From contig CAWGMA010000001.1 of the NCBI GenBank assembly GCA_963823555.1, forward strand, positions 800,001-864,000: a DNA stretch of 64,000 nt, written 5' to 3'. The DNA comes from Candidatus Eiseniibacteriota bacterium (lineage in GTDB: Bacteria; Eisenbacteria; RBG-16-71-46; CAVPCR01). The position numbers and the translations under genes are program-made. This document shows, piece by piece, positions 1 through 10,272 of the stretch. Below the pieces are notes generated by a model that made no database searches, was not told where the DNA came from, and was given only the letters and a program-made list of their open reading frames with translations. Positions within the stretch are counted from its first letter, which is position 1; each line of letters opens with the position of its first letter.

Positions 1-1
1 T

Positions 2-529
2 CCCGGTCCCGCTGGCCTCGCCTACTTCGCCTTCGGCGCCGCGCTCATCGCCATCACCTTCATCGACCTCGACTGGCAGATCATCCCCGACGCGATCACG
101 CTGCCCGGGGTGATCACCGGTCTGGCCGCGGCCCTGGCGCTCGAGCTCATGGGGTCGACGGGAGCGGCGGCGACGTTCCCGGCGCACACGCTGCGCGCCC
201 TGAGCGGGGCTCTGGGCGGAGCGGTCGGGCTCTGGCTCGTGGCCGCCGGTTACCGCCGCGCGACCGGGGTCGAGGGGCTCGGCTTTGGCGACATCAAGCT
301 GGCCGCTCTCCTCGGGGCCTTTCTCGGCCTGGGCGGGGTCTTCCTCACCATCTTCCTCGCCTCGCTGGTTGGCTCGCTGATCGGCATCGTGATGATGGCG
401 AGTGGACGGGGGACCGCGAAGACCGCGCTCCCATTCGGCACCTTCCTCGCGCCGGCCGGGATCATCGTCCTCTTTTACGGACCCGCCTTCGTCGGCTGGT
501 ACCTGGGGCTCGTGCGTGGCGGCGCCTGA
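2..529 (+). CDS. pilD: Prepilin peptidase (A24 family), 5'-truncated by the window edge
   Basis: The frame is open from base 2. It has both catalytic-Asp motifs (IDLDWQIIPD, GFGDIKL) and the C-terminal LPFGTFLA, is hydrophobic, and lies next to pilMNOPQ. Confidence 0.9.
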   Translation, partial: PGPAGLAYFAFGAALIAITFIDLDWQIIPDAITLPGVITGLAAALALELMGSTGAAATFPAHTLRALSGALGGAVGLWLVAAGYRRATGVEGLGFGDIKLAALLGAFLGLGGVFLTIFLASLVGSLIGIVMMASGRGTAKTALPFGTFLAPAGIIVLFYGPAFVGWYLGLVRGGA

Positions 530-707
530 CCCGGGGGCTGGCGGGTGGTTTTGTCCTTCTCCCCGTGCAGGTTGCAAGCCGGGGAGCAGGATTTTGAGCT
601 ACCGCACGGCTGCCGGATCGCGGCCCACGCTTGCATCGACCATCGCGGTCACGTATCCGCAAGCACTTCCGGGCGCGCCCGGGTGGTCTCACCCAGAACT
701 TGCAACA

Positions 708-723
708 TGGCACATGCGTTGCT
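708..723 (+). promoter_or_regulatory. Sigma-54 (-24/-12) promoter of the pilMNOPQ operon
   Basis: TGGCAC-ATGCG-TTGCT with exact GG-N10-GC spacing, about 90 nt upstream of the pilM ATG. Confidence 0.75.
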
Positions 724-813
724 CCGCAGCATCCCGGCACCCGCGAATGGGCGGGTAGCCGTGCCTCATGCGCGCTGCGGCCGCAGCGTCAACCAACCCA
801 CTGGAGACTCGAG

Positions 814-1872
814 ATGCTGGGCAGGCAAAGGAAGCAGAAGACCGTCATCGGCTTGGACATCGGTTCGAGCTCGGTGAAGCTCGTCGAGCTCGAGGTTCGC
901 GGCCACGAGGCCAAGCTGGTTCGCTTCGCCCAGGCCCCTCTCCTCCACGAGGCCATCGTCGACTCGGAGATCATCGACCGTCAGGCGGTGATCGAGGCCA
1001 TCCAGGGTCTGTTCGCGAGCCAGGGCATCAAGACCAAGAGCGTGAACACCGCCGTGTCCGGCCGGGCCGTGATCGTGAAGAAGATCTGGATGGACCGGCT
1101 CGAGCAGGAAGACGCGCGAGCCGCCATCCAATGGGAGGCGGAGCAGCACATCCCGTACGACATCAACGATGTCTCGCTCGACTTCCAGATCCTGAACTCC
1201 GATCCGGCCGACAAGCAGATGGAGGTTCTCCTGGTCGCGGCGAAGAAGGACATGGTGCTCTCGCACGCCGACCTGCTGAGGGAAGCCGGGCTCAACCCCG
1301 AGGTCATCGACGTCGACGCCTTCGCCTTGCAGAACGCCGTTCTCGCCAACTACGAGATGGCGGATGACGAGGTGGCCGCACTCATCAACGTGGGCGCCGA
1401 GGAGACGAACCTCAACATCGTGCGCGCCGGCGTACCGCTCTACACCAAGGACATCCCGCTCGGGACGTCGACCCTGCTCGAGGGTCTGAAGCGCCGCTAC
1501 GCCCTGGGCCAGGAGGAAGCCGAGGCCGTCCTCGCCGGTACCGCCGGCGCCGGCGATGCCGACGTTGACCTGCAGACCACGGTGACCGAGATCTTCGAAG
1601 ACCTGGCTTCCGCTGTCGAGCGTGCCGTCGCCTATCTCAAGTCGACCGGCGAGGCGGACGGGGTGACCCGGATCTTCATCGCCGGCGGCGGGGCCGATGT
1701 GACCGGACTGCGCGAGTTCCTCGTGGCGCGCGCGCAAGTCGAGGTCGAAGTTGTCGATCCGCTGGCCCGCCTCGAGATCGATACCGAACGCGTCGATGCC
1801 GCCCAGTGGGCGGAGCAGGCGGCGCAATACTCGGTGGCGGTTGGGCTCGCTCTGCGGAAGGTGGCTAACTGA
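814..1872 (+). CDS. pilM: Type IV pilus assembly protein PilM (actin-like)
   Basis: IGLDIGSSSVKLVEL, EAEQHIPY, DVDAFAL and AVGLALR motifs. GGAG lies upstream of ATG 814. Confidence 0.93.
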   Translation: MLGRQRKQKTVIGLDIGSSSVKLVELEVRGHEAKLVRFAQAPLLHEAIVDSEIIDRQAVIEAIQGLFASQGIKTKSVNTAVSGRAVIVKKIWMDRLEQEDARAAIQWEAEQHIPYDINDVSLDFQILNSDPADKQMEVLLVAAKKDMVLSHADLLREAGLNPEVIDVDAFALQNAVLANYEMADDEVAALINVGAEETNLNIVRAGVPLYTKDIPLGTSTLLEGLKRRYALGQEEAEAVLAGTAGAGDADVDLQTTVTEIFEDLASAVERAVAYLKSTGEADGVTRIFIAGGGADVTGLREFLVARAQVEVEVVDPLARLEIDTERVDAAQWAEQAAQYSVAVGLALRKVAN

Positions 1873-2522
1873 TGCAAATCGCCGAGCGCATGATTCGAAT
1901 CAACCTGCTTCCGGTAACGGAGCAGGTCCGGCCCAAGATGGTGCTCCCGAGCATCTCCTCGGCCGCGCCTGTCATCATTCTCTGCGTCTTGATCGGCGTC
2001 CTCGCCGCAGTCTCGACTCTGCAGAACGTGCGCATCCGCCACATCAACGGCGAGATCGCCGCGCTCCAGGCCGAGGCGACCCAGCTCGGGCCGCTGATCC
2101 AGCGCATCGACCAGCTCACTCGTGAGCGGGAGCTCACGCTCAAGCGGCTCACGGTGATCGAGAGTCTCGACCAGGACCGCCTGGCTCGGGTTCGCCTCAC
2201 CGACGAGATGGCGCGACGGCTTCCGGATTACCTCTGGCTGACGGGCTTTTCCGAGCAGAGCGGGGCGATCACCGTCAATGGCGTCACCTTCTCCAATCTG
2301 CTCGTGGCGGAGCTCATTCGCACCCTCGAGCGCTCGGTGCTCTTCGACCAGGTCGATCTGGTCGTGGCCCAGCGCGGGACGATCGACAACCGCCAGGTCG
2401 TCAACTTCACGCTCAGTGCCCGCCGGCAGACGGCGCCCGATCCGGCGCCGGCCGAACCGGTCGGTCAGGCCCTGAGCACGGCGCCGGTGGCGGGGCAGAC
2501 CCCCGCATCGAGCGGAACCTAG
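1872..2522 (+). CDS. pilN: Type IV pilus assembly protein PilN
   Basis: IRINLLP motif, one TM helix and a coiled coil. The start may be ATG 1890. Confidence 0.9.
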   Translation: MQIAERMIRINLLPVTEQVRPKMVLPSISSAAPVIILCVLIGVLAAVSTLQNVRIRHINGEIAALQAEATQLGPLIQRIDQLTRERELTLKRLTVIESLDQDRLARVRLTDEMARRLPDYLWLTGFSEQSGAITVNGVTFSNLLVAELIRTLERSVLFDQVDLVVAQRGTIDNRQVVNFTLSARRQTAPDPAPAEPVGQALSTAPVAGQTPASSGT

Positions 2523-2592
2523 CGGCGACATGGCGGCGATTCGATCGGGCCGTCGACCGGCAACCAACACCTGTGCAAAGCGGGGCTGAGCG

Positions 2593-3213
2593 ATGAACCT
2601 GCGTGAACCGCGGACCCTCAAGATCATCCTGGTTGCGATCCTGGGCCTCGGCATCCTCTACGGCTACTTCTTCACCACCTACGTGCCCTTCACCTACAAG
2701 GCGCGTGCCGCCGAGGCCGCCAAGCTCGAGGGCGAGATGGCGGAGCTCTCCGGTGATGTCGCCAAGGCGCGGGCGGCGGTGGCGAATCTGCCGGCGCTCG
2801 AGCGTGAGTGTGCCGAGGTGCATGAGCGCTGGGAGATCATGTCGGAGCTGTTGCCGACTTCGAAAGAGATTGCCGGTCTGCTCACCAAGGTGACGCTGGC
2901 CGGCCAGGAGTCGGGAGTGGAGTTCGCCCTGTTCCAGCCGGCACCGCCGCGGGCAGGTGACTTCTACGTCACCTACCCGACGCAGGTCCGGGTCGAGGGC
3001 GGCTATCACCAGGTGGGCCGGTTCCTGGCGGAAGTGGCCAACCTGGACCGTATCGTCAACATCGTCGACCTCAACATGACGGCGGCGCAGCCGGACGAGA
3101 AGTTGCCGGAGCGCACCGTGGTCGCCGCATTCACTGCCGAGGCGTACGCGTTCCAGGAGAACCTGGGACAGCCCGAGGTGGCGGGGGCGGCTAAGGCGGA
3201 GGGGAAGAAGTGA
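2593..3213 (+). CDS. pilO: Type IV pilus assembly protein PilO
   Basis: N-terminal TM helix and coiled coil, LLPTSKEI, and GGYHQVGRFLAEVANLDRIV. Confidence 0.9.
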   Translation: MNLREPRTLKIILVAILGLGILYGYFFTTYVPFTYKARAAEAAKLEGEMAELSGDVAKARAAVANLPALERECAEVHERWEIMSELLPTSKEIAGLLTKVTLAGQESGVEFALFQPAPPRAGDFYVTYPTQVRVEGGYHQVGRFLAEVANLDRIVNIVDLNMTAAQPDEKLPERTVVAAFTAEAYAFQENLGQPEVAGAAKAEGKK

Positions 3214-3932
3214 GGCCCTGGCGCAACCGCAAAGCGATCCTGGCTCTGATCCTCCTCGTCGCGGTGGCCGCCGGTGCCACCTTCATCGTCGGCCCCCGGC
3301 TCGGCGGCGAGGACGCAAAGAACGTGAACTTGGCCCAGGTGGGTCCGGCCAAGGGCGGCCCGGCCAAACCGGCTGCGGCGTCGAGCGCGACGCCCATCCA
3401 GGCGGCGCGCGGCGCAGCGAAGGCGGTCGAGGCACGCCCCGTGGCCGCCTCCATGGCGGGTTCCACGGCGCCGAGCTCGGCAGCTCCGGGGGCGACTCCG
3501 GCCGCCGCCGGCAACGCAGCGGCCTCCGCCGTCAGCGGGCAGTCCGGCGCGACGGGTGCTGCGTTCGCGGAAGAGCCCGAAGGCGATCCCACCGATCGCC
3601 TCGCCCACTGGCAGCGTGAACCCTACTACTACGCCTCCCTTGGCCGACGCGATCCGTTCGGCTCGCTCGTGAGCGGCAACTTCGAATCGGATGGGGAGGT
3701 GGGTCTCGTCGACGTCGGCGATATGAAGCTCGTCGGCATCGCCTGGGACGATATCGACCGCTTCGCCATGGTCGAGGACAGCCGTGGATTCGGTCACGCT
3801 CTTCGCGAGGGTGACCCGGTCCGCAGCGGCAGGGTCCTGCGCATCGAGCGCGACTCGGTGACGTTCCTGCAGACGTCTGCCGGTGAATCGACCACCATCA
3901 CCATTGATCTTCCCATTCGCGGGGGTGACTAA
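3210..3932 (+). CDS. pilP: PilP-like pilus assembly protein
   Basis: Y..GRRDPF motif, a MKLVGI...AMVED beta domain, an Ala/Pro-rich linker, and position between pilO and pilQ. Confidence 0.75.
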   Translation: MRPWRNRKAILALILLVAVAAGATFIVGPRLGGEDAKNVNLAQVGPAKGGPAKPAAASSATPIQAARGAAKAVEARPVAASMAGSTAPSSAAPGATPAAAGNAAASAVSGQSGATGAAFAEEPEGDPTDRLAHWQREPYYYASLGRRDPFGSLVSGNFESDGEVGLVDVGDMKLVGIAWDDIDRFAMVEDSRGFGHALREGDPVRSGRVLRIERDSVTFLQTSAGESTTITIDLPIRGGD

Positions 3933-3933
3933 C

Positions 3934-5757
3934 ATGAACCAGCGTCGTCCGGCCGGCCAGTTCTTCCTGCCGGCGATCCTCATTGCCGCCCAGATTCTCG
4001 CGAGCTCCGCTGCCACCGCCACCGTGGTGAAGCGCGTCAACGTCGAGGAGCGCGGCAGCATGACCCAGCTCACCCTCGAGACCGATGGTCCCGTGCGCTA
4101 CGAGGACTTCGTGCTCAGCAATCCGGAGCGGTTGGTCATCGACTGCCTCGAGTCGACGAGCTTGTTGCCGGCGACCATCGACCTCGAGTCGAGCGGTAGC
4201 CGCGTGCGCTCGATCACGACAGCGCAGTGGACCGGCAAGAATGGGGATCCCAAGAGCCGCCTGATCTGTGAGCTCACAGGTCCGTCCTCCTACTCGATCG
4301 CCGAGCGCCCGCGCGGGCTGGTCGTCGTGCTCGACGCCGGCGGGTCGGCCGATGGCCTCGGTTACGACGAGGACCACCTGGCCGCGACGGCGGGTCCGCT
4401 CCTGGCCTCCGCCGAGGTGCAGGTCGTGCCCGACGCGGAGAAGCCGGCTGCGGTCGGCAAGTCCAGCGCCACCAAGGGCAAGGATGAACCGGTCTTCGTC
4501 ATCGAACCCAAGGGCGAGTACAAGACGGTCTTCTCCCCCGGCTACAATCTCTCCGGCGGTGATCGTCTCGATGCGCGGCCCGATCTTCCGGAGAAGAAGG
4601 TATCGCTCGACGTGCAGCGGGCTTCGATCCAGACCGTGCTCCGCACGCTGGCCGAGATCGCCGGTCGCAACATCGTCTCCAACAACGAGGTGAGCGGTGA
4701 CGTCACCGTCCGCCTCGAGGATGTGCCCTGGCCGCAGGCGCTCGACATCGTGCTCCTCACCCGCGGTATGGGCTACACGGACGAAGAAGGCGTCCTGCGC
4801 ATCGCCTCGCTCGAGCAACTGCGCAAGGAGCAGGTCGACCAGCAGACGGCGGAGCGCAAGGCGGAGGAGCTGCTTCCGGTCGAGACCCGGGTCGTGCCGC
4901 TCAACTTCGCCAAGGCCGAGGAGATGAAGGTCTCGGTCGACAAGCTATGGACGCCGCGCGGTCATGCCGAGATCGACTCGCGCACCAACTCGATCATCAT
5001 CACCGACATCAGCGAGCGGGTGGTGGCGGCGGCTGCGCTCATTCGCCAGCTCGACACCCGCACGCCGCAGGTGCAGATCGACTCGAAGCTGGTTGACGTC
5101 GATGTGAGCGATACCAGCGATATCGGGATCACCTGGACCTTCACCGTCACCGACCAGGGGGCGGGGGATCTCGGCCGACCCCAGAGCTTCACCTCGCAGA
5201 ATCCGATCGGGAACCCGGCCGGCCAGCTGAGCGTCGGCGCCATCCGCCCGGACTGGACTCTCGACATGGTTCTGCAGGCCCTCGCCGAGGACCGGAAGGC
5301 CAACATCATCTCGAATCCGCGGATCACCACCGTCAACAACCGCGAGGCGGCGATCCTCGTCGGCCAGGAGGTTCCACTCATCGTCCAGGATGAGGCCTTC
5401 AACACCGTGGTCCAGCTGAAGCAGATCGGAATCAAGTTGAAGGTGCGACCGCACATCAACTCGGATCGCCAGATCGAGCTCGATGTGCACCCCGAGGTCT
5501 CCGATCTCTCCTCGCAGTCGACGGTGCAGGGCGGGATCATCATCAACACCGCCGAGGCCGACACCCGCGTGCTCGTGAATGACGGTGACACCGCGGTCAT
5601 GGGCGGCCTGGTCCGCGAGAACGAGGGCACGCGAGTCCGCGGTATCCCGGTGCTCAAGGACATCCCTGGACTCGGCTGGCTCTTCAGCTCGACGAGCAAG
5701 GTCAAGCAGAAGCGCGAGCTGATGATCTTCATCACGCCCAAGATCATCGACACCTAG
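3934..5757 (+). CDS. pilQ: Type IV pilus secretin PilQ (AMIN, N0/N3 and secretin domains)
   Basis: Signal peptide, VPWPQALDIVL, DSRTNSIII, SNPRITT, GIPVLKDIPGLGWLFS and RELMIFITPKII. Confidence 0.93.
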   Translation: MNQRRPAGQFFLPAILIAAQILASSAATATVVKRVNVEERGSMTQLTLETDGPVRYEDFVLSNPERLVIDCLESTSLLPATIDLESSGSRVRSITTAQWTGKNGDPKSRLICELTGPSSYSIAERPRGLVVVLDAGGSADGLGYDEDHLAATAGPLLASAEVQVVPDAEKPAAVGKSSATKGKDEPVFVIEPKGEYKTVFSPGYNLSGGDRLDARPDLPEKKVSLDVQRASIQTVLRTLAEIAGRNIVSNNEVSGDVTVRLEDVPWPQALDIVLLTRGMGYTDEEGVLRIASLEQLRKEQVDQQTAERKAEELLPVETRVVPLNFAKAEEMKVSVDKLWTPRGHAEIDSRTNSIIITDISERVVAAAALIRQLDTRTPQVQIDSKLVDVDVSDTSDIGITWTFTVTDQGAGDLGRPQSFTSQNPIGNPAGQLSVGAIRPDWTLDMVLQALAEDRKANIISNPRITTVNNREAAILVGQEVPLIVQDEAFNTVVQLKQIGIKLKVRPHINSDRQIELDVHPEVSDLSSQSTVQGGIIINTAEADTRVLVNDGDTAVMGGLVRENEGTRVRGIPVLKDIPGLGWLFSSTSKVKQKRELMIFITPKIIDT

Positions 5758-5897
5758 TCGAACCAGCGACGGGCAGGCTCTCTGGCCTGCCCTGGAGCCG
5801 AGCCGGCGCGCCTCCATCGCGGGGCGCGCCGGTTCATGCTTTGGAGGCGAGAGAACGCTCCGCATCGGACCCCGGGAGCGTTGAGCCGGGCGCCGGC

Positions 5898-5926
5898 TTG
5901 CCGCCCGCGCAGGCGGGGGGTACGCT
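5898..5926 (+). promoter_or_regulatory. Putative sigma-70 promoter of purD
   Basis: TTGCCG-N17-TACGCT about 60 nt upstream of the ATG. Confidence 0.35.
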
Positions 5927-5983
5927 AGTCGCCCCCAGTCGCTCAGCGGGCGGCGTGCCTCCTTACCCAGGGATCGGGAACCC

Positions 5984-7273
5984 ATGAAGACACTTCTCAT
6001 CGGCAGCGGCGGTCGCGAGCATGCCCTGGCGTGGCGCCTGGCCGGGGATCCGGCCATCGGCACGCTGATCGCGGCGCCGGGCAATCCCGGCATTGCCGAG
6101 CACGCGCGTTGCCTGCCGGTTGCGGCCGGTGATATCGCGGGCCTCGTCGCCGCGGCGCGAAGCGAAGCGGTCGACCTCGTCATCGTCGGTCCCGAGCTAC
6201 CGCTCGTCCAGGGGCTTGCCGACCACCTCGAGCGCGCCGGAATCCCCGTCTGCGGACCCAGCGCCCAGGCGGCACGCCTCGAGGGCTCCAAGGCCTTCGC
6301 CAAGGAGTTCATGCGGGAGCGGGGCATCCCCACCGCCGAGGCCGAGCTCGTCACCGATGTCGAGTCCGCGGCGCGTGCCATCCGCGCCCGCGGCGCTCCG
6401 GTGGTCATCAAGGCCGATGGCCTCGCCGCGGGGAAGGGTGTCGTCGTCGCGCACAGCGTGGCCGAGGCCCTCGCCGCCGCCGAGCGCATGCTCGCCGGGG
6501 AGGCTCTCGGCGCCGCCGGCCGGCGGGTCCTGGTCGAGCGCTGCATGGAGGGGCAGGAGGCGAGCCTCTTCATCCTGACCGACGGCCGGTATTTCGTCGT
6601 GTTGCCGACGGCGGAGGATCACAAGCGGCTCGGAGATGGAGACACCGGCCCCAACACCGGTGGGATGGGGGCCTGTGCTCCTTCCCCGCTTCTCGCCGGC
6701 GATCTCCTCGATCGCGCGATCGAGGAGATCGTCGAGCCCACGCTCGCCGGATTGCGCGAGATCGGGGCTCCCTACCGTGGATTCCTCTACCTTGGACTCA
6801 TGATCGAGGACGGTGTCCCGCGAGTGGTCGAATACAACGTACGGCTCGGCGATCCGGAAGCCCAGGTGGTGTTGCCACTCGTCGGCCCGGGATTCGGCGC
6901 GCTCCTGGCGGCGGCTGCGCGGGGAGAGCTCCCGCCGCGCGCCGCGGTGCCCCCGGCAGCCTCGGCCCGGGCAGCGGCCTGCGTCGTCCTCGCCGCCCCC
7001 GGCTACCCGGAGTCCCCGGTCACGGGGAGCCCCATCCGGGGCCTGGCGGGACGCGAGGCCCTGGCCCGGGAGCAGGTCCTCGTCTTCCAGGCGGGCACGC
7101 GACAGGTCGGCGATGACCTGGTCACCGCCGGCGGGCGGGTCCTCGGGGTCACCGGACTCGGTCCAGATCTGGCCGGCGCTCTCAGCCGCGCCTATCGCGT
7201 CGCGGAGGCGGTCGAATTCGAAGGCAAGCAGATGCGTCGCGACATCGGTTTCAAGTCACTCGCCCGGCGTTAG
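5984..7273 (+). CDS. purD: Phosphoribosylamine-glycine ligase
   Basis: GSGGREHALAW, EGSKAFAK, KADGLAAGKGV, GPNTGGMG and EYNVRLGDPE. Confidence 0.97.
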   Translation: MKTLLIGSGGREHALAWRLAGDPAIGTLIAAPGNPGIAEHARCLPVAAGDIAGLVAAARSEAVDLVIVGPELPLVQGLADHLERAGIPVCGPSAQAARLEGSKAFAKEFMRERGIPTAEAELVTDVESAARAIRARGAPVVIKADGLAAGKGVVVAHSVAEALAAAERMLAGEALGAAGRRVLVERCMEGQEASLFILTDGRYFVVLPTAEDHKRLGDGDTGPNTGGMGACAPSPLLAGDLLDRAIEEIVEPTLAGLREIGAPYRGFLYLGLMIEDGVPRVVEYNVRLGDPEAQVVLPLVGPGFGALLAAAARGELPPRAAVPPAASARAAACVVLAAPGYPESPVTGSPIRGLAGREALAREQVLVFQAGTRQVGDDLVTAGGRVLGVTGLGPDLAGALSRAYRVAEAVEFEGKQMRRDIGFKSLARR

Positions 7274-7297
7274 CGGCCGGGCGCAAAACGGAGGTGG

Positions 7298-7783
7298 ATG
7301 TTGGCTGACAAGCCCATCGTCGGAGTCGTCTTCGGGTCGGAATCCGATCGGGAACTGATGGCCGCCGCCGGCGAGTATCTCGATCGCTTCGGTATTGCGT
7401 ATGAGGTTCATGTCATGTCGGCGCACCGCAATCCCGAGCGCACGGCGCGCTACGCCAAGGAAGCGGCGGCGCGCGGCCTCAAGGTGCTCATCGCCGGCGC
7501 CGGCATGGCAGCCCATCTCGGCGGAGTCGTCGCTTCGCATACCAATCTTCCCGTGATCGGCGTGCCGCTCCCTGGCTCGTCCTTGCTCGGTCTCGATTCC
7601 CTGCTCGCGACCGTGCAAATGCCCGCGGGGGTGCCGGTGGCGACGATGGCCATCGGTAAGGCCGGAGCGCGCAATGCGGCCATCTTCGCCGCGCGCATGC
7701 TCGCGCTCGCGGATCCCCAGATCGCAGCTCGGCTCGAGCGCTTCAGCCAGGAGCTGCAGTCCGGAGTCGGCGGCGCCGTCTAG
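7298..7783 (+). CDS. purE: N5-CAIR mutase
   Basis: GSESD, SAHRNP, AGAGMAAHLGG and QMPAGVPVAT. Confidence 0.96.
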   Translation: MLADKPIVGVVFGSESDRELMAAAGEYLDRFGIAYEVHVMSAHRNPERTARYAKEAAARGLKVLIAGAGMAAHLGGVVASHTNLPVIGVPLPGSSLLGLDSLLATVQMPAGVPVATMAIGKAGARNAAIFAARMLALADPQIAARLERFSQELQSGVGGAV

Positions 7784-7798
7784 CGGAGCCGGTGAACG

Positions 7799-8431
7799 AT
7801 GCTTCGTCTCCAGCTCACGGAGGAGGGAGGGGCGGCGCTGCGGGCGGCGGCCCACGCGCTCAGGGCGGGGGGTGTGGCCGTCATTCCGACCGACACCATC
7901 TACGGGGTTTCCGCGCGGTACGATAGGCCGAGCGCGGTCCGTCGCATCGCCGCGCTCAAGGGGCGTGACACACAGGCCCCCTTTCTCCTTCTCATCGGAG
8001 ATCAGGCCGATCTCGCGCTGTTGACGACCGAGCCGCCGCCGGAGGCGGCCCTCGAGGCGGTGTGGCCGGGTCCGGTGACCCTGCTCTTGCCGGCGCGCCG
8101 TGAGTTGATCCCGCTCCTGCGCGGGACGGCGGGCAAGGTCGCCGTCCGCCTTCCCGGCGCGGGTCGGGTGCGGGCCCTCCTCCAGGCGGTCGGCGTGCCG
8201 CTGGTCTCGACCTCGGTGAACCGCCACGGCGACTCGCCGTTGAACAACCCGGATGCGATCGCCCGCGCCTTCGGCCATGCCATCGATGTGCTGGCCGACT
8301 GCGGAATGCTCTCGCCGTCGGAACCATCGACGATCGTCGATCTTACGCAGCACCCGCCCGTCATCGTGCGCGCCGGTGCCGCGGCGGTCGATGTGATGCG
8401 TCTCAGCCGTCTTCTCGGTAGCTCGCCTTGA
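7799..8431 (+). CDS. tsaC: L-threonylcarbamoyladenylate synthase (TsaC/Sua5/YrdC)
   Basis: PTDTIYG, LKGR, WPGPVT, STSVN and PSTIVDL. Confidence 0.9.
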   Translation: MLRLQLTEEGGAALRAAAHALRAGGVAVIPTDTIYGVSARYDRPSAVRRIAALKGRDTQAPFLLLIGDQADLALLTTEPPPEAALEAVWPGPVTLLLPARRELIPLLRGTAGKVAVRLPGAGRVRALLQAVGVPLVSTSVNRHGDSPLNNPDAIARAFGHAIDVLADCGMLSPSEPSTIVDLTQHPPVIVRAGAAAVDVMRLSRLLGSSP

Positions 8432-8457
8432 CAATTCAAGAAAGGGCGACTTAGCAT
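8428..8457 (+). promoter_or_regulatory. Putative sigma-70 promoter, possibly giving a leaderless transcript
   Basis: TTGACA-N18-TAGCAT in a locally AT-rich patch. The predicted +1 falls at about the GTG at 8464. Confidence 0.45.
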
Positions 8458-8463
8458 CTCACA

Positions 8464-8946
8464 GTGGACGACCAGAGCTTCAAGATCCTCTTCGTGTGCA
8501 CGGGCAATACCTGCCGCAGCCCGATGGCTGAAGCGCTGCTCACCAAGCTGCTCCCTTCCAGCTTGACGCATGTCGTCGTCGAATCGGCGGGGGTGCATGC
8601 CGATCCGGGGAGCCCGGCCACCGAGCAGGCAGTCACCACGGCCGCCGCGGCGGGGCTCGAACTCCGTCCTCATCGCGCCAGTCGTCTCACCCGCGAACGC
8701 GTGCTGGCCGCGGATCTCGTTCTCGGCATGGAGCGCCAGCATGCCGACGCGGCGCGGAACCTGGCCCCGGAGCGAAGCGATCGCATCCACCTGCTTGCCG
8801 AGTTCGAGGCAACTCCGGGTGATCCGGTCGAGGGTATCCACGACCCGATCGGCGGATCGCCCGAGATCTACGCCGAGTGCTTGCGCCGGATCGGACTTCA
8901 CCTGGCGCGCATCTTGCCCCGTATCGAGGAACGCGTTGCGCGCTGA
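8464..8946 (+). CDS. Low-molecular-weight protein tyrosine/arginine phosphatase
   Basis: P-loop FVCTGNTCRSPMAE and the general-acid loop IHDPIG. Confidence 0.92.
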   Translation: MDDQSFKILFVCTGNTCRSPMAEALLTKLLPSSLTHVVVESAGVHADPGSPATEQAVTTAAAAGLELRPHRASRLTRERVLAADLVLGMERQHADAARNLAPERSDRIHLLAEFEATPGDPVEGIHDPIGGSPEIYAECLRRIGLHLARILPRIEERVAR

Positions 8947-8976
8947 CCCCCTGTCCCCGTAAGGAACCCAGAAATC

Positions 8977-10272
8977 ATGCTCGACCACAACCCAGCCCTT
9001 GAAGCGGTGGATCCCGAGATTGCCGCGGTGCTGCGCGGTGAGCTGACGCGGCAGCGCGACACGCTCGAGATGATCGCCTCGGAGAATTTCACAAGCCCCG
9101 CCGTGCTCGAGGCGGCCGGCTCGGTGCTCACCAACAAGTACGCCGAGGGCTACCCGGCAAAGCGATACTACGGCGGCTGCGAATTCGTCGATCGCGCCGA
9201 GGAGCTGGCGCGCGAGAGGGCCAAGCAGCTCTTCGGGGCGGCCCACGCCAACGTGCAACCGCATTCCGGATCCACGGCCAACCTGACGGCCTACTTCGCG
9301 CTGCTCGAGCCCGGCGACAAGATCATGGGCATGAACCTGGCTCACGGCGGTCATCTGACCCACGGCCACCATGTCAACTTCTCGGGGCGCTTCTTCCAGT
9401 TCAGTCACTATGGCGTGGCCGAGGCCACAGGGCGCATCGATTACGACGCCCTCGAGAAGCAAGCCCTGGAGGTGCGGCCGAAGATGATCGTGGCGGGGTG
9501 GAGCGCCTATCCGCGGATCCTCGACTTTCCGCGCTTCCGGGCGATCGCCGACCAGGTGGGGGCGGTCCTTCTCACCGATATGGCGCATTTCTCGGGCCTC
9601 GTGGCCGGCGGCGAGCATCCGAGCCCGGTTCCGCTCTCGGACATCGTCACCTCGACGACGCACAAGACGCTCCGCGGTCCCCGCTCGGGATTCATCCTCT
9701 GCACCGAGGAACACGCCAAGGCCATCGACAAGACCAACTTCCCCGGCATGCAGGGCGGTCCCCTGATGCACATCATCGCGGCCAAGGCGGTCTGCTTCAA
9801 GCAGGCGATGGGCGAGGGGTTCCGCGCCTACGCCCGCCAGATCGTGCGCAATGCCAAGGCGCTTGCCGAGGCCCTGCTTGCTGCCGATGTCGACCTCGTC
9901 TCCGGCGGTACCGATACCCACCTCGTGCTCGTCGACCTGAGGCGGCGCGGGCTCACGGGCAAGGACGCCGAGGCGGCCCTCGAGCGCGCGGGGATCACCG
10001 TCAACAAGAATGCCGTACCCTTCGACCCGCAGAAGCCGTTCGTTACCTCCGGCGTCCGTATCGGGACGCCTGCGCTCACGACGCGGGGATTCGGTGAGGA
10101 GGAGATGCGGCGGGTCGGCCGGCTCATCGGCCGCGTCCTCGACCACATGGGCGATGAGAAGACGCTGGCGGCTGTTCGCGGCGAGGTCCAGGAACTGGCG
10201 CAGAGCCACCCCCTCTATGCCGAGGCCGCCGCCGCGGAAGCCGGAAGCACGATCTCCCGAGCCGGAGCCTGA
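8977..10272 (+). CDS. glyA: Serine hydroxymethyltransferase
   Basis: [21 protein letters not shown] and the PLP site [10 protein letters not shown]. Confidence 0.98.
   Translation: MLDHNPALEAVDPEIAAVLRGELTRQRDTLEMIASENFTSPAVLEAAGSVLTNKYAEGYPAKRYYGGCEFVDRAEELARERAKQLFGAAHANVQPHSGSTANLTAYFALLEPGDKIMGMNLAHGGHLTHGHHVNFSGRFFQFSHYGVAEATGRIDYDALEKQALEVRPKMIVAGWSAYPRILDFPRFRAIADQVGAVLLTDMAHFSGLVAGGEHPSPVPLSDIVTSTTHKTLRGPRSGFILCTEEHAKAIDKTNFPGMQGGPLMHIIAAKAVCFKQAMGEGFRAYARQIVRNAKALAEALLAADVDLVSGGTDTHLVLVDLRRRGLTGKDAEAALERAGITVNKNAVPFDPQKPFVTSGVRIGTPALTTRGFGEEEMRRVGRLIGRVLDHMGDEKTLAAVRGEVQELAQSHPLYAEAAAAEAGSTISRAGA

Noticed and set aside
5771..5792. Hairpin after pilQ (GGGCAGGC/GCCTGCCC); a similar GC hairpin lies near 44392-44426
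   Set aside because: Neither has a U-tract, and such stems arise easily by chance at this GC content.
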